Origin: Setoptus koraiensis
Lineage: Eukaryota > Animalia > Arthropoda
Assembly (NCBI GenBank): GCA_048013815.1
Contig: CM106586.1
Location: 3,782,001 to 3,846,000 of the forward strand
Length of the DNA stretch: 64,000 bases
Direction of reading: 5' to 3'
Positions 24,846 through 36,000 of this stretch are shown one piece after another. A program made the translations under genes and the position numbers. Positions within the stretch are counted from its first letter, which is position 1; the number at the start of each line of letters is the position of its first letter. The notes under the pieces are model-generated. The model did no database searches, was not told the origin of the DNA, and saw only the letters and a list, made by a program, of their open reading frames with translations.

Positions 24846-25604
24846 ATGTTGGAGAAGCCTATCGCTTCAAAGAACCATGCGTCTGGTGACTCGGCGGGAT
24901 CTGTTGGATCTTATCCTCCCGATATTGTTTGTGGCATTAATACATCGCCGGGTATCAGTATGTTCACACTAGCAAGCAAAAAACCCATCATTATTAGCGA
25001 GGCAGGCCGAAGAGCCAGCAAAATACTGGCCCAGATTCAACTAGAGGAGAACCAGGATAAACTTCTTGAAGATATCGGTCGATTAGTGCCAAAAAAATGT
25101 GGTGTCAATGAGAGTAGCTCTAGTAAGAGGCCTGACTTATTGGGATCCGCGAGCTCGCCATCTCCTTACTCGTTATCTGGTCATGGTTCGTTGAAACGCT
25201 CTTGCCCAGTATCACCAATCAAAGGCCAGGTGACTCCCATAATCAAGTATAGGCGTGGTAGTGCAACTCAGTTCAAACCTCCGACTATCTCTGACACTAG
25301 CCAGCTGCCAACAAAAGTCAAAGTACAAAATAAACAATCCATTTATGACAGTGATAATCAAGTTACGCGCGTACCCCTCACAGAGAGCAGTATATCTCTC
25401 AGTTCTTTAGTTACACCGCCAGAAACACCGAATCAATCTATCAATGCCAGTCTCCAGGATAACATCAAGTGTGACATGGACGATTGGTCGTCAGAAAATC
25501 TATCGGACGAAAGTTTTGACTTCGACGATGAGGATGACGCAGAATTAAGCCGTATTATAGACACATCTCTCAGGGAGCAGGCTATACAGAACGGCTCGCA
25601 TTAA
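24846..25604 (+). CDS. 252-aa mostly disordered protein with one BRC-repeat-like motif, a BRCA2 TR2-like motif and an acidic tail (candidate minimal BRCA2)
   Basis: ATG-started single ORF. Residues 40-63 FTLASKKPIIISEAGRRASKILAQ resemble BRC. Residues 117-146 KRSCPVSPIKGQVTP...FKPP resemble TR2. The ORF is likely real but the identity is tentative. Confidence 0.5.
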   Translation: MLEKPIASKNHASGDSAGSVGSYPPDIVCGINTSPGISMFTLASKKPIIISEAGRRASKILAQIQLEENQDKLLEDIGRLVPKKCGVNESSSSKRPDLLGSASSPSPYSLSGHGSLKRSCPVSPIKGQVTPIIKYRRGSATQFKPPTISDTSQLPTKVKVQNKQSIYDSDNQVTRVPLTESSISLSSLVTPPETPNQSINASLQDNIKCDMDDWSSENLSDESFDFDDEDDAELSRIIDTSLREQAIQNGSH

Positions 25605-25903
25605 CCATGCATAACCATTAACCACCGAATGCACAGTATGAAATGAAGCAATTATAACATTTGCATAGAACGATAATCTCACACACAAATTAGAATATCC
25701 ACTCACTAATGGTTATCACTCGCCGATTAACTAATTGATACAGACTATCTATTTATTGTAAAATTCTGTTTATTCGATGATAACAATACTTGAAATAAAG
25801 ATTGACTTACAATTGTTGCCATGATTTTTAAGATTTTCCCTCTGGAATATTCTAACCAAGCACCACACAGACATAAATTACTTTTTATAAGCGAATTCAA
25901 ATT

Positions 25904-28036
25904 CTACAGCAACAGCGCCGGATAATCCTTTCCCACCTCTAGCTTTCTGCCATCCATGCCTTTCGGAATGACTAATAAACAGTCGCAGCCTCTCAAACTT
26001 GACAGACGACTACTCTGCTGGTTAATAGATACTGAGATCAAGTATTTTGATGTTTTAGAGTTGAAACAGACTATAACTGCTCGTATAAACTCCATGCGGT
26101 TTTCTAGACAATACTCTTTATCTTTCTCTTCTATGGAGACCAACTCCGCTTTTACCAAATCTAATATCTTTGTCCAATCACCAAGAGAAGCAGGTTCACG
26201 CAAGTTTGCTTCCATAGGATTCAGTTTGATACTTTGGCGCAAGAATGGCATGATCAGAACGAGTGAAGTCACGAATGTCGACACTGGATTTCCTGGTAGA
26301 CAAAAGATGAACTTTTCTTGGCCTTTGAAGAGGCATGTTGCGAAACCAACTGGTTTACCAGGTTTGATATTGACGCGACCAAAATGAATTTTTCCTTTCA
26401 AATCATCCTCAATGATCTCTTTAACATAATCTTTAGTCCCCATGGATGCTCCACCTGAGATAATCAGGATGTCTGTTCTGCTTAAGGCCTGACTCATTTT
26501 CGTGAGCAACTGATCACAATCATCTTTGACGATGCCACAATTGCTTACGCTGAAGCCTTTTTTCGTGAAGAAAGTCGTTAGAAGAGGACCATTCGTGTCG
26601 ATTACACTCTGATCATGAATGTATGACCATTTGAATGGTTCGACCACTTCATCACCAGTAGACAGTATAGATATAGTCGGTTTTTTGACAATCTTTACTT
26701 GATTAACGCCCATCGAGCATAATAGACTTAATTCTACAGGCCCAATCAAAGTTCCTGCACTCATGCAAAAATCTGATGGTAAGTCACTACCTATTTCCCT
26801 GGTATACATATTTTTTTTAATTTCATAGATGGGCACTTTGTTATCAGTTATAGGCCCGGTTTTCTCTATTGGCACTACCGCACAATCCTTCGGCGGTATT
26901 CTACTTCCTGTGTTGACGGGATAACAAAAGAATGTATTCGATTCCTCGATCTTTTGCTTGGCCGAGAAACTTTCAAGATCCGGTAGTAGAAGTGCTTCTA
27001 TGAAAACAAAACTGAACTCTTCAGGTAAATCAGGCGGCATATTGACCAGAAATCCATCCATTGTGGATACTCTATGAGATGGTATGATACGTCTGGTGGT
27101 AACTGACTCAGCCAAAGTTTCTCCGATGACTTTCTGAGCTGACTCATAATCTCCGATGGTATATGTAACAAAGTCACTATATAGACGCGTAGATTGCCGA
27201 CGCAATTCTGAAATCGCATCATAATATTCAACTAGAGGGTACTTGGATTCTCTTGGGCGAACACTCTTGACAGATGGAACGCAACTTTTTAGGCCTCTGT
27301 CTAATATTGGAATGGTATCGTTGAGATTCAGTTCAGTGTTCTTTGAAACTCCGTAGTCTTCCGACTCATTTTCCTCGACAGACATTTCTTGATCATCATT
27401 CGTATTGATAGTGTTGTTGTTCATGTTCACAGTTCTGGAAGAAATGGCTGTTTCCATTTTCGACAGGTTGTCAGAATTCGAAACATTCATTATCTGGTTT
27501 TTTATTTGAGCAGTATGAAAGGCATCTATCGATGCACGATCGTAATTTATCTGGTGTATGCTATGAAAGAGCAAAGGTTCTAGGCAGGCCCAACAATCTT
27601 CGCAAGCCTTTCGCTTCCCAGGAAAATTGACTATGAGAGTATTTTTTCTTATTCCAGCAGTCAACCTGGATAGGGCAGCGAATCGTGTTATATTTAGCGA
27701 GTGTAATGACAAAGCAGCCGTTATGCCAGTACAGTGCTTTTGAATGACGTCATGAGTGGCCTCTGGGGTGACATCATTAGGACACAATCCGGTACCCCCG
27801 ATAGTTATTATGAGTGCCGAATTAGGTTTATCACTGAGCTTAACCAGCCAATCTACAATTGTTTGTCTATCATCCTGAATTATCACTTTCGTAACTGGAT
27901 TGAATCCGAGTTGTGTCATCTTCGCTTCAATCACGGCTCCACTCTCATCAGTGGCGATACCGCTAAAGCATCTATCACTGGTAACCAAGACCGAAGAGGA
28001 ATAGGGACTGAAGTCTTTCGATGACATGATTGACAT
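25904..28036 (-). CDS. GPHN: Gephyrin/cinnamon (MogA G domain + linker + MoeA E domain), intronless, about 710 aa
   Basis: ITIGGTGLCPNDVTPEAT, LSRLTAGIRKNTLIVNFPG, STMDGF, ILSTGDEVV, DTNGPLL, ISGGASMGTKDYVK, GRVNIKPGKP and LPGNPVS. The track start at 28048 is TTG and the first ATG is 28036. Confidence 0.95.
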   Translation of the reverse strand: MSIMSSKDFSPYSSSVLVTSDRCFSGIATDESGAVIEAKMTQLGFNPVTKVIIQDDRQTIVDWLVKLSDKPNSALIITIGGTGLCPNDVTPEATHDVIQKHCTGITAALSLHSLNITRFAALSRLTAGIRKNTLIVNFPGKRKACEDCWACLEPLLFHSIHQINYDRASIDAFHTAQIKNQIMNVSNSDNLSKMETAISSRTVNMNNNTINTNDDQEMSVEENESEDYGVSKNTELNLNDTIPILDRGLKSCVPSVKSVRPRESKYPLVEYYDAISELRRQSTRLYSDFVTYTIGDYESAQKVIGETLAESVTTRRIIPSHRVSTMDGFLVNMPPDLPEEFSFVFIEALLLPDLESFSAKQKIEESNTFFCYPVNTGSRIPPKDCAVVPIEKTGPITDNKVPIYEIKKNMYTREIGSDLPSDFCMSAGTLIGPVELSLLCSMGVNQVKIVKKPTISILSTGDEVVEPFKWSYIHDQSVIDTNGPLLTTFFTKKGFSVSNCGIVKDDCDQLLTKMSQALSRTDILIISGGASMGTKDYVKEIIEDDLKGKIHFGRVNIKPGKPVGFATCLFKGQEKFIFCLPGNPVSTFVTSLVLIMPFLRQSIKLNPMEANLREPASLGDWTKILDLVKAELVSIEEKDKEYCLENRMEFIRAVIVCFNSKTSKYLISVSINQQSSRLSSLRGCDCLLVIPKGMDGRKLEVGKDYPALLL

Positions 28037-28635
28037 TAGTAGTTGCAAATCCTAGAATAGTAATGAATGTGAGTGATGAGTAATGATAAAGTAATGATAT
28101 GTGGAGTGCTTTGTCAGTAAATAAAAATGCAAGTCTATTGTGCTTTTGTTGGAGCCACAGTTTTTCTTATCAGATACAGGGCCTAAACTTTCTCGGGTCT
28201 AACTTTTTTCAGTTACGTTGTCTAGTGCCTCAACGTGGTGGGGCGTAGCAATTGAGGCACGAGCGGTTACGATGGTTCGCTGGGATGCATCAGTTTGCGG
28301 ATATTACAATACCCGACATGATCGCGGGCCAGTAGTCACGCCCTGCGCAAGGTGCGCTTTTGCCCGTAACATCGAGTCGAGCACAGATGTAAACAAAAAT
28401 CGGCATGTTACTTATGCGCGTAGCGAAATCCACAAAAAAAAGACTCCTTTGAAAAAATTCCCAATTCAGTACCCAGTTTGCTTTGTTAGTATTTTAGGCG
28501 GGTATTGAATATGACGAAATCTTTCATGCATGTTTGCAATCGACGCTATGACGGCATTGTTATCGAGACCGCGTCAGAAAAAACATAGGGAACCCATGTC
28601 GAAGACACCATACGACGAATCTGGTTTCTATCTCT

Positions 28636-29943
28636 ATGATGGCTAACAAGTGGACAGCAAAACCAGCCAGCAATAAACTACCATACGCCCCTTTGATCAG
28701 ACACTCTTACCTGAACTTTAATCGTCGAAGTTATGGACAGCATCACTTGCAAAGATGTTTCGACTATCTCAGTATTTTGTCTGAAGACAAAATGCTCAAT
28801 CCATACATAACATTTAGATGTGCCTTCCTCATGATTGAAGCATGTGACAAGCGGATGATTAGACCTGCCCTCATTTCCAACTTGGAAACCATAACAAGAC
28901 ATCTGGACCTGCATAAGCCTGACATTTTTCTAGAGTGCCTTTCCTATCTCATACGCAACAAACAGATTGACTTTGCCAAACAATTTTTCAGTGATAGATC
29001 CAGATATATAAGATTGGTTCATCATTTTAAAGTCCCCATCATTGAGCTCACTATAGACTGTTATGAGTCCTATCTTTCCTATTTAACGTGGCTAGAATTC
29101 ATGGAAAAGGATCCAAACGATTCAAGACTGCAAGTCGCCTTTGAAAGCCAAGTAGCCAACTTTGGAGCAATTTTTGAAAGATCAAACTTCAACCATGAAT
29201 ATTTTCTGAAATGTTTCCTCCGGATGCTGTATCAGAATAACTGTTACAAAATGGCCGAAAAGTCTGTGCTGGATTTTGTGGCCAATAACAAATTTAATTT
29301 ATCGGGATATCTCACGCTCTATCGACACTTGCTTATGTGTAAATCGACCGTCACAACAGAAGAAGAGTCATCGCCGGAAGAAGAGAAACCACCATCCAGG
29401 GAAGTAGAGTTATCATTGGAGGACGAAGAATTATCATTCGAAGGGCCGCCACTAGGCGGACCATTAGAAGAGGAAACACAAATGGATGTGGAAGATACGC
29501 CCGAATGTGATAGTAAACCTGATCTCCCACAGATAGTTATCAATGAACGCTCAGCCAAAGATAATTTCGATACCATCTGGAGTGGACTGAGAAAATTAGA
29601 TCCAGCAAATGAGCTCCTACTAGAACTAATGACAGATGCCAATGCGAGTCTCGACGTCATTACTAAAATCACTTGCTTGATGGATATGTTGGAGTACAGA
29701 CAAAACTTCGGCAATCTCTTAGCATGGAGAACTCTTATCAACGAGCAAGAAAATCTCATGGAGAATCATCAAGAACTTCGAACTTGTGCCTCAAATCTTT
29801 GGTTGAAGAAGTATTCGACTGTATGGTCTCAGGTTAACTTTTTGAAGCATGTAGACCTCGATTCAAACGCGACGAATCAGTTAGCGGAACTTATTACTCG
29901 TGCGATGGATTTGTGGACTAATCAAATCTTGATCAGAACATGA
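28636..29943 (+). CDS. Probable TAF1A-like (RNA polymerase I SL1 subunit TAFI48), with an acidic insertion
   Basis: Helical-repeat protein. Segments such as AEKSVLDFVANNKFNLSGYLTLYRHL, LRKLDPANELLLE and LMDMLEYRQNFGNLLAWRTL resemble recalled TAF1A C-terminal blocks. Needs an HMM check. Confidence 0.55.
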   Translation: MMANKWTAKPASNKLPYAPLIRHSYLNFNRRSYGQHHLQRCFDYLSILSEDKMLNPYITFRCAFLMIEACDKRMIRPALISNLETITRHLDLHKPDIFLECLSYLIRNKQIDFAKQFFSDRSRYIRLVHHFKVPIIELTIDCYESYLSYLTWLEFMEKDPNDSRLQVAFESQVANFGAIFERSNFNHEYFLKCFLRMLYQNNCYKMAEKSVLDFVANNKFNLSGYLTLYRHLLMCKSTVTTEEESSPEEEKPPSREVELSLEDEELSFEGPPLGGPLEEETQMDVEDTPECDSKPDLPQIVINERSAKDNFDTIWSGLRKLDPANELLLELMTDANASLDVITKITCLMDMLEYRQNFGNLLAWRTLINEQENLMENHQELRTCASNLWLKKYSTVWSQVNFLKHVDLDSNATNQLAELITRAMDLWTNQILIRT

Positions 29944-29977
29944 TACTGACTGTATAGTAGGTAGTTCGAAGATATAA

Positions 29978-30550
29978 TTAGCGCTTAGGCTGCTTTATTT
30001 TTCTAAATTGTTCCGGAGCATTCAAGTTTTCTCCTTCGTAGAATGTTCTTAATAAATTGACTGCTTCATCACATCTCACTCCATGGATGTATTGCAATTC
30101 AGGCTCACTTTTGATCAAAGATTTATCGGTAACTCTGAGGACGGACCTACATCCCCCAAATCTATCATTTGAGCATCCATAAATGACTCGATTGACCCTG
30201 AGGTGTCTCAAAATTCTGGCGCATTGTATACAAGGTTCACAAGAGACGTACACATCCATGTCGGTCCATTTGATTTTTTCGGAAGAGCCTCCAGTGACAT
30301 TGTTGTTTATGATATCATCTATGCAATTCATTTCGGCGTGTCTTGTGGCGTTTTTCGTCTCGTTCACTCTATTTCTATTGGTAGCCAAGATACGATCGGT
30401 GGTACTATCAACGAATACACAGCCAATAGCAACCTCTCCGTTATCCAGAGCTTCTTTGGACATTTTTAGGCTCAGGTCAAAATAAGCCATATTGAAAGAC
30501 ACGGATTGAGAAATATCTGGCTTCGGTTCGGTTTCTTGTGTTCGATTCAT
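29978..30550 (-). CDS. ADAT2: tRNA-specific adenosine-34 deaminase ADAT2, intronless
   Basis: GEVAIGCVFV, NRVNETKNATRHAEM, VYVSCEPCIQCA and YGCSNDRFGGCRSV. Confidence 0.95.
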   Translation of the reverse strand: MNRTQETEPKPDISQSVSFNMAYFDLSLKMSKEALDNGEVAIGCVFVDSTTDRILATNRNRVNETKNATRHAEMNCIDDIINNNVTGGSSEKIKWTDMDVYVSCEPCIQCARILRHLRVNRVIYGCSNDRFGGCRSVLRVTDKSLIKSEPELQYIHGVRCDEAVNLLRTFYEGENLNAPEQFRKIKQPKR

Positions 30551-30983
30551 AATTGGAGCTATGAGGACTATTTCTAATACTATACAGACATGACAATAAC
30601 ATTCTGCTTATTTCTACAACAGATGGAGGGAGCAAATATTCGGACAGTGAACTTGCGAACATGTGATCTGCATAGCATGTTTTTCTCAATTATCTGGGCA
30701 ATGCGTGCGTTCTTATGGGTAGACGAAGGCATTTGGGTATAAAGGTGTGTCGAATGTTACATATTCAGATTGAATGGGTCCATAATTAGGATATTCTTTA
30801 GATTACAACCATCATGTTGCCCATTTATGCCCCATGTGTGTCAAGCGACCTCTAGTTTTGTATGACAAATATCATTCGTGGTACTAGAGGTGAAATCTGG
30901 ATTGAGGTTTCACGTAAATTGTTCTTCGAGGATGCCCAATTATAGTTATATTTAGATATTCATTGTCCCAAGAAAATCCCCTC

Positions 30984-33032
30984 ATGGCTTTGCTGAATCC
31001 ACACATTACTACAATAGATCTGGGTCTTACCTGTATTCTTCTTGGTATAGGAGCTTGGTATCTTTTGAGGAGTAGGAGGAACGATGCCAAGCCTGGTGTA
31101 GGTATGGGTTTAGATGACAATATGCAGATAGACGAAGGGGAGAAAACCAGCTTGTATGACAGGATGATATCAACCGATCGTACTATAATAGTTTTTTATG
31201 GCTCACAGACAGGAACTGCGGAGGGATTTGCAAATAGACTAACCAAAGATGCGGCCAGATATGGGATGAATGCATTAATAGTCGATGCTGAGAATGCCAA
31301 CTTTAACGATCTCACACTCATTAGCACTATCTCAAATTCATTAGCAGTGTTTTGTCTGGCTACATTCGGTGAAGGAGATTTCACTGACAATGCCAAGGAA
31401 CTACACAAATGGCTCAAGGCTGGAGAAGCTGATCTAAATAAGCTTAACTTTGCGGTGTTTGGCCTGGGAAACAAAACATACGAACATTTCAATGCTGTTG
31501 GTATTTACGCCAATGACAGACTAGCAGAAATGAATGGAAACCGTATTTGTGAGCTGGGTCTGGGTGATGACGACGGAAATATCGAGGACGATTTTATCAC
31601 ATGGAAAGACAAATTCTGGCTTGAAGTCTGTGACAAATTCAAACTTCATGAGGCAAAGAATTTAGTCAACTTCCGTCAATATCAACTGATAGTACATGAA
31701 AACAGGGACGATTTTTACGTAGATGGGAAGTCTGTTGGTCTGTTTACTGGAGAGCCTCATCGCATTGGCTCGTATGAGTCACCGAAGCCACCTCATGGAC
31801 TGAAAAATCCCATACTCTGCCAGCCAATCAATTGTCGTCAGTTATACAAGGGCAAAAGATCATGCATGCATATTGAATTTGATCTCAAACAAAAGCTTGT
31901 GGCCTATGATACTGGTGACCATTTGGTAGTGTTTCCTGAGAATGATCCAGATTTAGTGAACAAACTAGGAGAATTGTTGAATATTGATTTGGACGAGATT
32001 ATTTCAATGAAATGCCTTGATGTGCTGACAGCTAAGAAATACATAATACCATGTCCTTGCACTTTCCGAACTGCTTTCACTTATTACGTGGACATAGCAA
32101 GCCCACCAAGGATGCATACATTGAGAGATTTGTCTAGTTTTGCTCAAGATGAAGAACACAAGAAGTTTATGGAGCTGATTAGTTCATCAAGTGAGAAAGG
32201 AAAAGCTGAATACGCCAAATGGATCTTGAGCGATTGCAGGAATATTGTGCACGTGCTCACTGATTTACCCTCATTCAAGCCTCCTGCAGATCTACTAATT
32301 GAATTGTTGCCACGTCTTCAACCTCGTTACTATTCTGTTTCATCTTCTAGTTCTGCAAATCCTAGCGTAGTTTCAATTACGGCAGTGGTTGTAGAATATG
32401 AAACTCCGGCAGGCCATGTCAACAAAGGTGTTGCAACAAACTTCTTGCAAAGAAAGACTGGTCTATTGAACAAGAATGGCTACAAGGCATCCCCTGTACC
32501 TTTGTGCTTTGTAAAATCAAACTTCAGACTGCCCTCCAAAGTGAAACTATCTCAGGATAATGCAATGCCACCAATTATTATGATTGGTCCTGGCACTGGT
32601 TTAGCTCCGTTTCGTGGTTTCCTACAAGAGATAGAGCATCTGAAGAGGAGTGAAAATTTATCTACATCAGATGTGGTATTGTATTATGGTTGTAGGCACA
32701 AAAATGAAGACTATCTATATGAAGATGAACTCATGAGATGGAAAGAGAACGGTACCCTGACACAACTCAATGTCGCATTTTCACGGGATCAACCGGAAAA
32801 GATCTATGTGACACATTTACTTGAAAAGAATAGAGAGGCCACTTGGGATATAATTGGAAAGCGGAACGGTTGTGTGTATGTTTGTGGTGAAGCTCGATCG
32901 ATGGCCAAGAACGTTCACCAAATTTTCAAGAATATCGTAATGGAGCAGGGACAACTCGAAGAAAAGGCTGCAGATGCTTTCCTCAAAGAGATGGACAGTA
33001 CAAGAAGATATCAGGCAGATGTGTGGTCTTAA
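30984..33032 (+). CDS. POR: NADPH-cytochrome P450 reductase copy A, intronless CDS, 682 aa from first ATG
   Basis: N-terminal TM, FYGSQTGTAE, FGLGNKTYEHFN, RYYSVSSS, MIGPGTGLAPFRGF, YYGCR, AFSRDQPEKIYVTHLL, YVCGEARSMAK and C-terminal DVWS. The track start at 30963 is TTG. Confidence 0.97.
   Translation: MALLNPHITTIDLGLTCILLGIGAWYLLRSRRNDAKPGVGMGLDDNMQIDEGEKTSLYDRMISTDRTIIVFYGSQTGTAEGFANRLTKDAARYGMNALIVDAENANFNDLTLISTISNSLAVFCLATFGEGDFTDNAKELHKWLKAGEADLNKLNFAVFGLGNKTYEHFNAVGIYANDRLAEMNGNRICELGLGDDDGNIEDDFITWKDKFWLEVCDKFKLHEAKNLVNFRQYQLIVHENRDDFYVDGKSVGLFTGEPHRIGSYESPKPPHGLKNPILCQPINCRQLYKGKRSCMHIEFDLKQKLVAYDTGDHLVVFPENDPDLVNKLGELLNIDLDEIISMKCLDVLTAKKYIIPCPCTFRTAFTYYVDIASPPRMHTLRDLSSFAQDEEHKKFMELISSSSEKGKAEYAKWILSDCRNIVHVLTDLPSFKPPADLLIELLPRLQPRYYSVSSSSSANPSVVSITAVVVEYETPAGHVNKGVATNFLQRKTGLLNKNGYKASPVPLCFVKSNFRLPSKVKLSQDNAMPPIIMIGPGTGLAPFRGFLQEIEHLKRSENLSTSDVVLYYGCRHKNEDYLYEDELMRWKENGTLTQLNVAFSRDQPEKIYVTHLLEKNREATWDIIGKRNGCVYVCGEARSMAKNVHQIFKNIVMEQGQLEEKAADAFLKEMDSTRRYQADVWS
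31408..32994 (+). repeat. 1587-bp near-identical direct repeat, copy 1 (partner 38897-40483, offset 7489)
   Basis: By eye I found only 5 substitutions between the two segments. The flanks diverge abruptly. Confidence 0.93.
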
Positions 33033-36000
33033 GGCCTTGTTTCGCTTTGATGTGCCCTATATCACAGAAACACTAGTCGAATATTTGAATCTCATATGAT
33101 GTCACTCACCACGATCCATCATATCAATCGTCGGGGATTACTGTTTTTTAAAGTTTACCAGCTTAGTCGAGTTGCTCCATGTAATAAAATATATCATCTA
33201 CATGATAGATTTCATGGTTCAATTCATTAAATGCCTTTCAGGTATCTAACCTAAAATAGATCAATAATTTTGCCTATCGACGAAGACGTTCTTCAGCTTC
33301 AATGAAAGTATAATCACAAACAGAAAATTGTGTTGATTTGAAATCAGGGATAGAGTTGTTATTCCATCAGTCTTGCGACTGATTGACTGAGACTGACAAG
33401 CCATTGAAATCTTAGGTCGCATCGTGCTTGTATTTACTCGGTCAGTGTTGCGTACCTACATATCAGGTGAAAATTCCATCGAAGTACATATCTGACAAAA
33501 TCCACCCTCAGAAGCGACTATAGTTACTTCATTTTGCAAACTGATCTTGCAAAATTAACCTCTATTCTATGATATCTCTCAGTAATTACACCCCTCCCCT
33601 TTGATGTCGGACGCGCAACTTCTGTCCAAGGTTAAAGAAAATTGTGACCGCGAAGAAATGAAAATCGTATCATCTTTTTCTGTTGCAACCTGAGAGATCT
33701 TTATGTCTCGACCCAACCACAAATCGAATATTAACTTTGACAAGTCCTCATCAGACGACCGATGATAGAGAGCTACCTAAATCAAGGGATTTGTTCGAGA
33801 GATTTCTTGTAAGTAATTCAGATTCCACTTGAATGAGCAGATGAACAATCAGAAACGATCCGTTCACTTTTACAACGTTTCATAGAATAGCTTCATTTTG
33901 CAAGTCTTTGTGTTCATTAGTTGATTGATAAAATTCCTATAATGTTCCAATCAAACTATCGAGTGAGATCATACTGGAGCCGTGATGTTCACATGTGGAG
34001 AGGAGACACTAGCTTCGCATTAGTCATTCTCAAGGCCTCCACAATTCAGTCATGAATAGTGGAAGTTGAATTCACTTCCAAATATTAGATCAGTGGTTTT
34101 TTTTGTCAGGCTTAGAAAAAAAAAAAATAAAACACTAACAAATGTGTGTCAATCTTTCAACTAAATTATTACCTATATTCTACCTACTGTATATTGTTTC
34201 GTTCTATATTCACAGCTACTCGCTAATATAGCTAACAATAAAAGACAGTTGAAGGAAGCTCACAAAACTTCACATAGTAAATAAATTGAAAGTAAGTAAA
34301 GTTACTTCTGACATAACTGCACACCAATACTATAGCATTCTTACCATCCATCCATCCAGTGAAATGAAATGTACCTTGTCAGTGGTGTCTACCAAAAATG
34401 CACTCCAACGTATATTATCTCTTTCATGCTCTCATCCATCTACTACCTGCCCGATAAGTTTAGCTAGAGAGCTTATGAGTTGGTTAATTAATAGTTTGGC
34501 ACCCATCTGACGAGTGAAAGCCACATGATTCATGTAAGCTTGCATTATCATCGCTAGTGCATGCTGTCAGTTTTGGTTGTTTTCTCCACTAAACAACTAT
34601 CACGATAACCATTGACGGATAATCTCTGCAAATGGTGACGCACGTTTGACAATGTTAGACAATGAGAATTACGTTCTCCAGCTATTCTCATGAAATTAGT
34701 CGTGACAAATGAATAAGTATACAGTAGTTATCAGGCATCTTACATCCATTCATTCATCTTATATAATAGGTTGTGATAGGATGATTCACGAAGAGTCATT
34801 TGCACGATCAATTCAAGTTTCACAAAATTTCTGCAACATTGTCGTCACTTAGAGATCTTACACAAAACAAAGTGATACTTCACTCGTTATTACATAGTCA
34901 TCTCCTTAGTCTTATTAGGATTTCATTCTAGTATAAGTAGGCAGTCGGGTATTGAGTGGTAGGTTGTGGAGTAGCCAGCAACAAGTTTGTTCTAAGTTTA
35001 AATCAGGTTCAAGGCTAAAACTACTGTTCCCGTTAGTCGAATCTTTAAAGTAGGCTAAAAGTCGAAAATGTTTTGTCGCTGTTGCTGATGTTTGCATTGC
35101 AATAGAGTTCATTGAGCATATCCGTTTTTTGTTTTGTTTTCTTCTTGTCACTACGACAATATTCAGGTTTAAGTGTTAGTCAGTGTTGTACAACAAGTGT
35201 TGTTGTGAGTCATTTATGTGTCATGAACAAACACTTAAGAACATAGTTGTAGTTGGTTATCTGTGAAATGTAAGTTGAAATAAAACAACGTTATCGTTAT
35301 TATAATGTCTTGTGAGTAGCAATCACACAATTCTAAGCTGTTAGACTGATCAAGATCGCATGCTTTCAGAGTTGTTCGGACAAACACAATGTCTTTTGTC
35401 GTTCCAATGTTAAAAACAATCGCCTGTTGTCCAGCAATTGTGTTGCAAATCCATTTGTTTGTCTTGAATGTTGTCAGATTGGCAGGCAGGCAATCGGGCA
35501 GGCAGACATACAGGCTACGCAGTTGCGGTCAAATCGACTTAAACAACATTCTTAGGCGGCCCCCACTTTCTTTTTTTCCTCATCAAAACTGACACTAATT
35601 GTTTGATGAGGGATTTGCTGGAGGTGGCAAATGGAAATTCTACGCTGTGCCATTGGGCTGTTGATTAGCTAAATGATGATGTTCGCACAAAAGTGAAATT
35701 TTCCCAGATTGTAAGATGTACATGTGGACAGTATTTGGACCTTCACACAAAACTATACAACAGGTGAACGGCTCGTTGGTTACGAGTATAACTTAGAAAC
35801 GCGTGGCTTATTTTGTTTTAGCTCTTTCGCATTCATTTTTTCTTTCTTTCTTTTTCTCCCCCGCAATCTCATTCTATTTATCTGCCTTCCAATAAGACTG
35901 GTTGGGAATTTGGAGAAATTGGAGCTTTTGGTTGGACTCTAGATCTAGGGATCGTGTAAGACCTGTAACAGGATGTAATTGAGCAACAACAACAACTTTT

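Noticed and set aside
33600-34080. Coding-like stretches between the CPR copies
   Set aside because: Short, no similarity to CPR or any recognised protein, and no TE termini.
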